The notes below the pieces were generated by a model that saw nothing but the letters and a program-made list of their open reading frames with translations, was not told the DNA's origin and ran no database searches. Below are positions 33,779-42,607 of a DNA stretch of 64,000 bases, one piece after another. This DNA comes from a virus (lineage: Duplodnaviria > Heunggongvirae > Uroviricota > Caudoviricetes), in IMG/VR virus record IMGVR_UViG_3300033068_001610, positions 1-64,000 of that record; one strand, 5' to 3'. Numbering within the stretch: position 1 is the stretch's first letter; every line of letters starts with the position of its first letter. The position numbers were made by a program, and so were the translations under genes.

Positions 33779-34501
33779 ATGGCAATATTAAGAAAATTAG
33801 TAAGTGATGTAAGAAGTGTACATAAGTTACTAAGCACAGATAGTCTTATCACAGATAGAGTAATAGCTTCTGAGGTGAGAAATAACTCTTTGTTATTAAT
33901 TAAGAGAGAGACAAATCTTAGAAAACTTTGGGCAACTGATACATTGTTTACAACTATCCCTTGTTTAGAGATGAAGGAAGTTTCAATTTCTGAATGTTGT
34001 AGTTATACAGATCCTTGTACTATAGCTAGAACAAAATTTAAACTTCCTCGTATATCAGAAGGTAATTACCAATATGTTATACAGGGTGTTTATTCTATTA
34101 ATGCTATGGGGGGAAAGGGTAAAAAACTAAAAGAAATATCCATTAACAGATATTTAAATCTTTTAAAACTACCTGTCATTAAAAAAGAAGAATATTTTTG
34201 GATATCTGATGGTTATCTTTATGTTACAAATCCATATGTACAAGCTATTAGATTTGTAGCCTTTTTTGAAGAAGATGTACCAAATGATATTATGTATCCT
34301 GAATGTGGTTGTGGAGATACAGAATATACACAGGATCAACTTTGTAAAAATCCTTTAGATAAAGAGTTTGCACTCCCAGGTTATTTAGAAAAACAAGTGT
34401 TGGATCTCACATCACAAAAACTTCTTCAAACATATTTCAATTTAAAAACAGATATTTCACAAGAAGGATTAGATGGTCAAGCCCCTAATTCCCCAAAATA
34501 A
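33779..34501 (+). CDS. hypothetical protein
   Basis: 240-aa ORF. Confidence 0.45.
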   Translation: MAILRKLVSDVRSVHKLLSTDSLITDRVIASEVRNNSLLLIKRETNLRKLWATDTLFTTIPCLEMKEVSISECCSYTDPCTIARTKFKLPRISEGNYQYVIQGVYSINAMGGKGKKLKEISINRYLNLLKLPVIKKEEYFWISDGYLYVTNPYVQAIRFVAFFEEDVPNDIMYPECGCGDTEYTQDQLCKNPLDKEFALPGYLEKQVLDLTSQKLLQTYFNLKTDISQEGLDGQAPNSPK

Positions 34502-34507
34502 TAATAT

Positions 34508-34987
34508 ATGCGAACTAAGATTGATTGGAGGAGTGCAAGTAAGGAGAATTATGGGAGATTTTGTAAGAAATATCCAACTATAATTATCTCATTTGATGAA
34601 TGGAGAAATATTATCTATTCTTATAATGAACTCTTTAAAGAGTATATACTAGAAACAGGAGAAAAAGTAAAAATGCCTTTTGGATTTGGTGAGTTTTCCA
34701 TAAACAAAAAGAAGTGTAAAAGAATTAATACAGTTGCTGGAGGTAAACAATATATAAATCTTCCTGTAGACTGGAAAAAAACTAAAGAAAAAGGCAAAAT
34801 AATTTATAATTTTAACTATCACACAGAGGGATTTTTCTTTGGGTGGTATTGGTTTAAAAAATCAGCAAGATTTAAACATTCAGATTTGTGGTATTTTAAA
34901 CCAGCTAGAACAACTTCTAGACTTTTATCTCATTACTTAACAACTAATGAAAAGTATCAACATTTATATTCAGAATGGAAAAAATAA
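34508..34987 (+). CDS. hypothetical basic protein
   Basis: 159-aa ORF, W/K-rich. Confidence 0.45.
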   Translation: MRTKIDWRSASKENYGRFCKKYPTIIISFDEWRNIIYSYNELFKEYILETGEKVKMPFGFGEFSINKKKCKRINTVAGGKQYINLPVDWKKTKEKGKIIYNFNYHTEGFFFGWYWFKKSARFKHSDLWYFKPARTTSRLLSHYLTTNEKYQHLYSEWKK

Positions 34988-34993
34988 ACAATC

Positions 34994-35944
34994 ATGTCAT
35001 ACTACTTTAAATATAATTTTGTTTCACCTGAGCCTGTATATGCCACTGTAAAAGAAGAATTAAAATCTTACTTTGACACAGGAGCTGTAGATGATCTTCT
35101 ATTTCCTACATTTTTAGATAAAGCTCTAAAGAAATTAGGAAGAACAACCTATGTTATTTCCTCAGAAATCTTAACAATAGAAGACTTTCAATCTAGACTT
35201 CCTGATAATTTCTATGCTGTAAGAGAAGCATGGTTATGTACAGAGTTTCCTTTACTTCCATACCAAAGTGCTAATTCTTTTTATTCACAAGCTGTCACTG
35301 CTACAACAATTCAAGTGTCTCCTTTGACAACAGATTGTGTACCAGAACCTAGTCCTTGTTGTGGTAATGTAGGATGTGATGGTTCTTGTATGCCAGAGCT
35401 TATTCAAACTGTATATAAAACTAATGGAGAAATAGCTAGAAAGTTTAAAAGAGAATATCTTTTAAAACCAGGTAATATATCAGTGCAAAAGCATTGTGAT
35501 CTTTCTTACACAGGAACTTGGCATTCAGTGAATACACCAGGATCTTCTGCTATAGACTCTTTTGATATTAGAGACAATAAATTTGTAACTAATTTTAGAC
35601 AAGGATATGTACAATTGTTATTCTATGCTGAAGAGTATGATGAAATTGGAAATCAATTGATTCCAGATAACTATCGTATCAAAGAGTATATTGAAGCATA
35701 TATTAAATTCAAAGTGTTTGAGATGTTAACTAATCAAACCAATGATGAAACATTTAATCAGCTTCAACAAAAACTGATGTATCACAAACAACTATATGAG
35801 GAAGCATTTATTATGGCTTCTATAGAAGTGAAGAAACAAGATGTATACACTAAGCAAAGAAGAATTATAAATGATCTTCATAGGCATGATATGTATTTGT
35901 TGCCAAATCGTAATAATAGTTCTAGAAGAAGACGTAATAATTAA
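34994..35944 (+). CDS. hypothetical virion-module protein
   Basis: 316-aa ORF. Confidence 0.45.
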   Translation: MSYYFKYNFVSPEPVYATVKEELKSYFDTGAVDDLLFPTFLDKALKKLGRTTYVISSEILTIEDFQSRLPDNFYAVREAWLCTEFPLLPYQSANSFYSQAVTATTIQVSPLTTDCVPEPSPCCGNVGCDGSCMPELIQTVYKTNGEIARKFKREYLLKPGNISVQKHCDLSYTGTWHSVNTPGSSAIDSFDIRDNKFVTNFRQGYVQLLFYAEEYDEIGNQLIPDNYRIKEYIEAYIKFKVFEMLTNQTNDETFNQLQQKLMYHKQLYEEAFIMASIEVKKQDVYTKQRRIINDLHRHDMYLLPNRNNSSRRRRNN

Positions 35945-35949
35945 TAACC

Positions 35950-38900
35950 ATGGCTGAAGAAACAGGTAATGTAAAACAAGAGTTTACAAATGCAACTATA
36001 GGTTTAAATCAAGATCAAACTTTAAATCAAATTAAACAAGGTACATTAACTTATGCCTTGAATGCTGCTTTGGAAAATTTTGACTCTAGTTCTGTTAATT
36101 ATCAAAATGAACAAGGTAATGAATTTTGTGTAAGTTTTCCAGAAGGATTTGCACTTATAGGACATCATTTCATTATTGAACAAAATAAACATTTATTCTT
36201 TTTGACAAATCCACTCACTGGAGATTGTCAACTAGGACACATGGATAACAATGATTGTGTATATAGAATATATATTGATGACCCTTGTTTAGGTTGGAAA
36301 GTAAATAGTCCTATTCATAAAATTGTTCATAAGATAACTAACTGTAATACAGAGATTTACTGGCCTGATAATGTAGGTAGAAGATATCTTGATATTGATA
36401 ATATTCCTAGAAGATTAGATTTAAATAGTACTCTTTGTGATCCATTATATAATACTGATCTTTTGGTAGATTGTAATAAACTTTTATTACAGCCTAACTT
36501 TAGTATACCTGATATTTCTGTTGTTGATGTAATTAGTGGTGGGGATAATACTTCAGGAACTGTTCAGTTTGCTGTACAGTATTCTGATGCTAGTGGTAAC
36601 CCTTACACTTCTTATTATTCAATAACTAATCCTACACCAATTGCCAATAAACAATTAACTACAAATAACTTTAATGATCCTGTAGGTAAATCAGTTGTTG
36701 TTAATGTTTCCAATCTTGATGTATCAGGACAGTTTGCTTATTTCAATTTAGCTGTTATAAAAACAATAAACAATATTCCTTCTGTTGAGTTAGTGGGAAC
36801 ATATTATATTGAAGATTACTTCAGAAAAATTACATACACTGGTCAACAAAAAACAAATGTAAAATTATCTATTAATGATATATTTGAAAAGTTTCCTTAC
36901 TATGATTTGGCTGATGATATTACAGCAGTACAAGATGTTTTAGTATGGAAAGGGCTTACAACCATAGATAGAATAAACTATCAATCAATTGCTTCCCAAA
37001 TAAAGTTGCAATGGCAGACATATAAAATACCTGCTAATGAAGATTATTCAAATGAGTTAAATGCTACAAATCTTAGAGGATACTTAAGAGATGAGGTATA
37101 TGCTCTTGAAATTGCTTTTTTATTAAATAATGGTAAACAAACAGATGGTTTTCATATTCCTGGTAGAGAGAAAAATTTTAATGAAATATCTAAAGATGAT
37201 GTTCCTAATACAAATACTGACTTTGTAGGTAGTGGAACATCTGCACCTTATTGGAAAATATATAATACTGCTACTGTTATAGGAGATGCTGATGGAGACC
37301 CTATTGGTACTGCCACTCCATATAAATATGGAGACTTTGCTTATTGGGAATCAGAAGAAGAATATTCTTGTAATGATGATATATGGGGGTCTCTTGCTGG
37401 TCAAAAAATTAGACATCACAAGTTTCCTGATGTATTGGTATCTCCTATTATGGAAGGGGCTACTTTTATAGATTCTGGAAGTATGACTATCCAACGTGAT
37501 GCTATATTTCCTATTGGAATAAAGATTGATGATGAGCAAATAAAAACATTGATTGAAACCTCATCACTTACACAAGCTCAAAAGGATGCTATCATAGGAT
37601 TTAAAATATTAAGAGGAAACAGAGCAACAAACAAATCAATTGTTGCAAAAGGTATATTAAGAAATGTAGGTAAGTATGAAAAAGATTTTCAAACTTATTA
37701 CTACCCTAATTACCCTTACAATGATATATCTGCAGATGAATTTCTTTTGGATAAAAGCAATTCTTATACAGATCAAGAGAGAGCATGGCTTATTCAATGT
37801 CAAGAAGATGGAGAATATGAGTATACAAATAATGTAACAGGAACTCTAATTAAAGGAAATAAAATGGAAAAAGACAAAAGCTATGAGTTTATGTCTTTAA
37901 CCAGGCCATTTATAAAAAGTGGAAAAGCTATTTTTGGTCCAGCTAGTTATGATGTTATTTTTGTAAATGGTTGTCAAGTGTATGAAACAATTAAATTACA
38001 AGCATTATGGACTACAGAATGGATGAGTTCTACAGAAATTACTACAACAAAAGAAGCATCAACTTGGGTATTTCCTGCTTATGGCCCAGTATTATGTAGT
38101 AATCCTACTAATCCTCCTACAGCTCCTTATTTTGCTGCCTATGGTGTAGCACAAAAAGTTAAAATGGGTGAGAAACTTCGTAGTTCTTTGGGGGGCGAAA
38201 TGCCTGCACAAACAGTACAAGTGACAGAAATAATGCCTTTAGGTGTTGTGACAAATAAATATATATCAAGAAGATCAATATTGGAGCAAGAAAAACCAGC
38301 ACCACTAAATTCTTTTTCACAAGATACATCAGATAGACAAATATTTAATTCACCTGAAACTTCTTTTGGACAACCTTTCTTGGGAAATATTCTTAAGTTA
38401 GAAAGTTTGATATATGGTAGAGGAAAAGCTCACTTTGTAGAGGTTAAAAATAATGCCAAATATAAATTGTTGACTGCTGAAGCACAGAAAGATGCATTAG
38501 ATAGTTCAAATGATATTGGAGCTATTACAGATCCTTTCAATGCTGTTGCAATGTTTACTGCTTATCAGGCATATCTTGCTATTTATATAAATGGTATTAC
38601 TAGAAAAAATTATGCTTACTCTTATAACTCAAGAGCAAGTTATGATTATACTACTCCTATGCCAAATGATCAAGGTATTAAACAAAGAAACTTGGATGTA
38701 GCTAACTATCTTATTCCTACAGTACAGTCTGTTGGAGAGGATAATGGTATATTAATTAATAACTATCAAAGAGAAAGTTCTATATATTTAAAAACAAAAG
38801 ATGTTACACCTATATTACTTCCTAAAGATGCAATAACTATTGCCTCTAGTGGAAATGTGATTGTTGAAGATAAGTCTAGAACTACTATAAGTATTAGTGG

Positions 38901-41241
38901 TGTTTGTGACACTCCTGCAAAAGAACAAAATATTAGTGTACTTTCTTATTATGCTTCCCTTAAAAATGAATTTATTAATCAATGGGGACAGATATATTCA
39001 TATGAGACTATTGATACAGGATATCAAAATATATTTAATTCTAAAACATCCTATCCAACAACAATTTTTGGAGGAGATACATTTATAAGTAGATTTGCTT
39101 TTAAAACAAAACTTCCTTTCTTTTTTGACAATAGAGTGGGGGCTCCTGATGATTCAGATATATTTTATGATGAGATTGGTAATGTTGCCTATCCTAAATA
39201 TTGGCATTCTGCAAGGTCAGTACTAGAAAATTATACTACTAGTAAGTCTAAGTTAATGCAAAATGTTATATCATACAAAGCTCATAATTTTGATTGTCCT
39301 AATGTTCCAGTACAAGGTGGGGGAACTGCTAGTTCTTTTTATGATGGATATTTCTATTTGTTTGCTTATGGTATTCCTAGTTTCTATTGTGAAACAAGTT
39401 ATAATGTAGATTTACGTCAAGCTTATAACAATAAAGAAGGAGATTATTGGCCTCATGTATCAACAGGTATTCCAGATGATTGGGTTCAAGAATCTTTTGT
39501 AAGTATTGCCAATGACAATACATATACATATAATTCAACCTTTTCTAAACAAAACAAAGAAAATACATTTACACACCTTCCTCCAGACTATAATGGTAAG
39601 GCTTGTTTTACAAATTATCCTTTTAGAGCTATTTACTCAGACCATCAAAATATTGATTCTGACAATAGGGTAAATAGTTGGTTAACATACAGAGCAATAT
39701 CATATTTTGACTTTCCACAAAACTATGGAGAGTTAACTTCTATAGATGGTATTCAAAATAGTGCTATACTTGCTAGATTTCATAATAAATCTCTTATGTA
39801 TGGTAACTTGTTGACAATGGATACCAGTAATCCACAAGCAGCATATCTTGGAAATCCTTCTTTGTTTAAAGGGGCTCCTCCAATTGATTTTGCAGAAACA
39901 GATCTTGGGTATGTTGGAAGTCAGAATAAATTCCTCCTAAAGATCCCTCAAGGACAAATCACAATTGATGCCAAGAGAGGACAAGTATTCTTGATTTCTG
40001 GCACTCAAGCTACTGATTTGTCTGCTTTTGGTTCTGGATTAAATAGATTCTTTACAGATCATTTGGCTTTTGAGATTTTAAATCATTTTCCAAATGTTGA
40101 TATAGACAATCATTTTAATGGTATAGGATTACATGGTGTATATGATAGCAAATTTGATAGGGTAATTATATCTAAACTAGATTATATACCTATTGATTCA
40201 AGAGTTAAATATGATGCATCCACTGAAGAATTCTATATTGAGGAAGTAATAAATAACTTGACTATTAAGACTGTGGTTGATGTAAGAGATCAATTATATT
40301 TCTGTAATAAATCATGGACAGTTTCCTATAACATGAATACCCAAAGATGGATTTCATTTCATAGTTATATTCCTAATTATTACATAGCTGAAAACAATTT
40401 CTTTTATTCAGGAATTAATGGGTGTTGTGAAGATTTTGATTTCATAGCAGGAAGTCTTGTAGAAAATACTACAACAACTACAACCACTACGATATTTGTA
40501 CCAGACTGCTTACCTTTATTTGGTAATGCTACAGTTATATATCCTATTGATTGTAACTTGTATGGTGAATTAGTTATTACTGATTGTGATTTGGCAGGTA
40601 CAGGAGTTATTACTGTTGGGCCACCTCCAACTCCTTGTGTTAGACCAGAAAATCTTAATGATTTTTATTTAATTTCAGGCTATACAATTTTAGCAGGACC
40701 AGTAGATATTAGTTCTACAATTTCTAAAGATTCTGCTTGTTTGGCTAGAACTAATTTATCAACACTACCTGGGTTATATCCAATAGGTGTTAGTATAAAT
40801 TCTTTTGATCTTAACATAGGAACAAAAGTTTATATAAATGATGGAACAAATGATTGTTCTACTGTACCAGATGGTTGGTATTTAACTGTAGATTCTTTGG
40901 TAGATGGAACTGTTTACCTTATTGTTGAAGGAGTTATTACAATTATTGATAATTGTATACCTACAACTACAACTACTACATCATCAACATCTACTACTAG
41001 TACTACAAGCACAACCAGTACAACATCTACTAGCACAACTACAACAACAACATTACCTCCTTGTCAAACTTATCAAGCTTCTACATCAGGATCTTTATTG
41101 ACAGTTAATTGGTTAGATTGTTTAGGAGTGACTCAATCACAAACAGTGGGTGGTGTTGGAGGTTATGATGCATTTTCTTTCTGTGCTACAGTAATAACAG
41201 ATGCAGGTGGTGCTGATATTTCATTAATAGGACCTTGCTAA
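35950..41241 (+). CDS. giant tail/virion structural protein (1763 aa) with C-terminal poly-Thr-linked Cys modules
   Basis: 5.3-kb stop-free ORF. C-terminus has ENTTTTTTTTIF..., a Cys-containing module, a TTTTTTSSTSTTSTTSTTSTTSTSTTTTTT linker, and a module ending LIGPC. Confidence 0.6.
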   Translation: MAEETGNVKQEFTNATIGLNQDQTLNQIKQGTLTYALNAALENFDSSSVNYQNEQGNEFCVSFPEGFALIGHHFIIEQNKHLFFLTNPLTGDCQLGHMDNNDCVYRIYIDDPCLGWKVNSPIHKIVHKITNCNTEIYWPDNVGRRYLDIDNIPRRLDLNSTLCDPLYNTDLLVDCNKLLLQPNFSIPDISVVDVISGGDNTSGTVQFAVQYSDASGNPYTSYYSITNPTPIANKQLTTNNFNDPVGKSVVVNVSNLDVSGQFAYFNLAVIKTINNIPSVELVGTYYIEDYFRKITYTGQQKTNVKLSINDIFEKFPYYDLADDITAVQDVLVWKGLTTIDRINYQSIASQIKLQWQTYKIPANEDYSNELNATNLRGYLRDEVYALEIAFLLNNGKQTDGFHIPGREKNFNEISKDDVPNTNTDFVGSGTSAPYWKIYNTATVIGDADGDPIGTATPYKYGDFAYWESEEEYSCNDDIWGSLAGQKIRHHKFPDVLVSPIMEGATFIDSGSMTIQRDAIFPIGIKIDDEQIKTLIETSSLTQAQKDAIIGFKILRGNRATNKSIVAKGILRNVGKYEKDFQTYYYPNYPYNDISADEFLLDKSNSYTDQERAWLIQCQEDGEYEYTNNVTGTLIKGNKMEKDKSYEFMSLTRPFIKSGKAIFGPASYDVIFVNGCQVYETIKLQALWTTEWMSSTEITTTKEASTWVFPAYGPVLCSNPTNPPTAPYFAAYGVAQKVKMGEKLRSSLGGEMPAQTVQVTEIMPLGVVTNKYISRRSILEQEKPAPLNSFSQDTSDRQIFNSPETSFGQPFLGNILKLESLIYGRGKAHFVEVKNNAKYKLLTAEAQKDALDSSNDIGAITDPFNAVAMFTAYQAYLAIYINGITRKNYAYSYNSRASYDYTTPMPNDQGIKQRNLDVANYLIPTVQSVGEDNGILINNYQRESSIYLKTKDVTPILLPKDAITIASSGNVIVEDKSRTTISISGVCDTPAKEQNISVLSYYASLKNEFINQWGQIYSYETIDTGYQNIFNSKTSYPTTIFGGDTFISRFAFKTKLPFFFDNRVGAPDDSDIFYDEIGNVAYPKYWHSARSVLENYTTSKSKLMQNVISYKAHNFDCPNVPVQGGGTASSFYDGYFYLFAYGIPSFYCETSYNVDLRQAYNNKEGDYWPHVSTGIPDDWVQESFVSIANDNTYTYNSTFSKQNKENTFTHLPPDYNGKACFTNYPFRAIYSDHQNIDSDNRVNSWLTYRAISYFDFPQNYGELTSIDGIQNSAILARFHNKSLMYGNLLTMDTSNPQAAYLGNPSLFKGAPPIDFAETDLGYVGSQNKFLLKIPQGQITIDAKRGQVFLISGTQATDLSAFGSGLNRFFTDHLAFEILNHFPNVDIDNHFNGIGLHGVYDSKFDRVIISKLDYIPIDSRVKYDASTEEFYIEEVINNLTIKTVVDVRDQLYFCNKSWTVSYNMNTQRWISFHSYIPNYYIAENNFFYSGINGCCEDFDFIAGSLVENTTTTTTTTIFVPDCLPLFGNATVIYPIDCNLYGELVITDCDLAGTGVITVGPPPTPCVRPENLNDFYLISGYTILAGPVDISSTISKDSACLARTNLSTLPGLYPIGVSINSFDLNIGTKVYINDGTNDCSTVPDGWYLTVDSLVDGTVYLIVEGVITIIDNCIPTTTTTTSSTSTTSTTSTTSTTSTSTTTTTTLPPCQTYQASTSGSLLTVNWLDCLGVTQSQTVGGVGGYDAFSFCATVITDAGGADISLIGPC
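40957..41060 (+). repeat. Thr/Ser-linker tandem repeat tract
   Basis: acaact/actagt-type repeats. Confidence 0.55.
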
Positions 41242-41252
41242 AATAAAAAACT

Positions 41253-42119
41253 ATGTCAAAAATTGTAACAATAAAATTAACAAAACTTGGTCTTAATGTA
41301 GGCCCTTTTGATATCACAGATGAATTTGGTAATATTATTGCTTTGAATGTAAGCAAAGAAACTTTAATCACAGGTATAAGTTATATTGTTAATGATGATG
41401 TTTTTATGATAACATTATCTTCCTTAGGAAAATGCAAAGTAGTGAAGACTGTTGGTTTGGCTCCTATATATAAACAAGAGTATGCTGATACAGTGGCAGT
41501 TAAAACTACTACATCTTGTGTATGGAGACATTTAACCAATATACAATTGTATAATTCATTTTATGGAAATGTAGAGCCATATATAATTGAGTTTCCTTTT
41601 GCTTATAGTTTTCAAGATGAGATATTACAAAATGTTATTTCTTATACAAAAGCATATAGTTACCTATCTATACCTGATGGTGTGTATAATGATAACACAA
41701 GAATAGAAGTGAATGATCATTGGTTTAATAGAGCTATTGTTTATAATGGACAACAAAGTTCTGGTATATTAAATCTTGTTCAAAAACCAGCAAATAATTT
41801 ATTTGCTTATGGTAAATATCCTATATTAGGAACAGAAGGAAAAACTATTTTGTATACTAAGAGTGATAACTTTTATCAATACAATACATTCTGGGCTTTA
41901 CAAAAATCCTCTCAACAACCATTGTTTAATGTATCTTGTGAGAATCTTTCTATTGATAAAGTAGTTAACCAGGACAATATGGATTACACTAATCGAAGTT
42001 TCAAAAAATCTCCTATAAGGGCAAAAGAATTAAAGATTAGACACATACTAGACAACACAGATAATATTCACCTAGTGAGCCAATTTATATTAGCTCCTGC
42101 TCAAATATCATACAAGTAA
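41253..42119 (+). CDS. hypothetical virion-module protein
   Basis: 288-aa ORF. Confidence 0.45.
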   Translation: MSKIVTIKLTKLGLNVGPFDITDEFGNIIALNVSKETLITGISYIVNDDVFMITLSSLGKCKVVKTVGLAPIYKQEYADTVAVKTTTSCVWRHLTNIQLYNSFYGNVEPYIIEFPFAYSFQDEILQNVISYTKAYSYLSIPDGVYNDNTRIEVNDHWFNRAIVYNGQQSSGILNLVQKPANNLFAYGKYPILGTEGKTILYTKSDNFYQYNTFWALQKSSQQPLFNVSCENLSIDKVVNQDNMDYTNRSFKKSPIRAKELKIRHILDNTDNIHLVSQFILAPAQISYK

Positions 42120-42604
42120 TGAAAGGGTGGCTCGATAATTATAATGATTCAAAAACAACAGCTCCTGAAGGATTTCAAGGAGATGGTTATTCACCTATAG
42201 GAAGAAATTATTCTCCTGCATGGGGAGGACAGTTTAAACATGGTGGAGAGATAATGAATGTAGCCAGTCTTAAAGATCCTATTGCCAAAAATGGAAAAGT
42301 CATAATTGATGAAATGGGACAATGGGAACATCCTGGAGAGATAACAGAAATATCAGGAGATACAATGGCAACACATGGTTATGGAGACATACCATTATAT
42401 GTTGTACCAGATAAAGGAAAACCTAGATTAGTACAACCTAATACAGGAACACAAAAGTTTCCAGGAGCAAAAAAGTTTACAGAGTATCCTATGGCTAAAG
42501 ATGGATTAAGACAAGAACAAAAGAGTTTGCAGAATATAGATAATCTAGTTAATTTTACAAACTACAATACTAAACAACCAGGCGGATGGCTGGACAATCT
42601 TTAA
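42119..42604 (+). CDS. hypothetical protein with terminal GWLDN repeats
   Basis: 161 aa. N-terminus MKGWLDNYND and C-terminus PGGWLDNL. Confidence 0.45.
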   Translation: MKGWLDNYNDSKTTAPEGFQGDGYSPIGRNYSPAWGGQFKHGGEIMNVASLKDPIAKNGKVIIDEMGQWEHPGEITEISGDTMATHGYGDIPLYVVPDKGKPRLVQPNTGTQKFPGAKKFTEYPMAKDGLRQEQKSLQNIDNLVNFTNYNTKQPGGWLDNL

Positions 42605-42607
42605 ATT

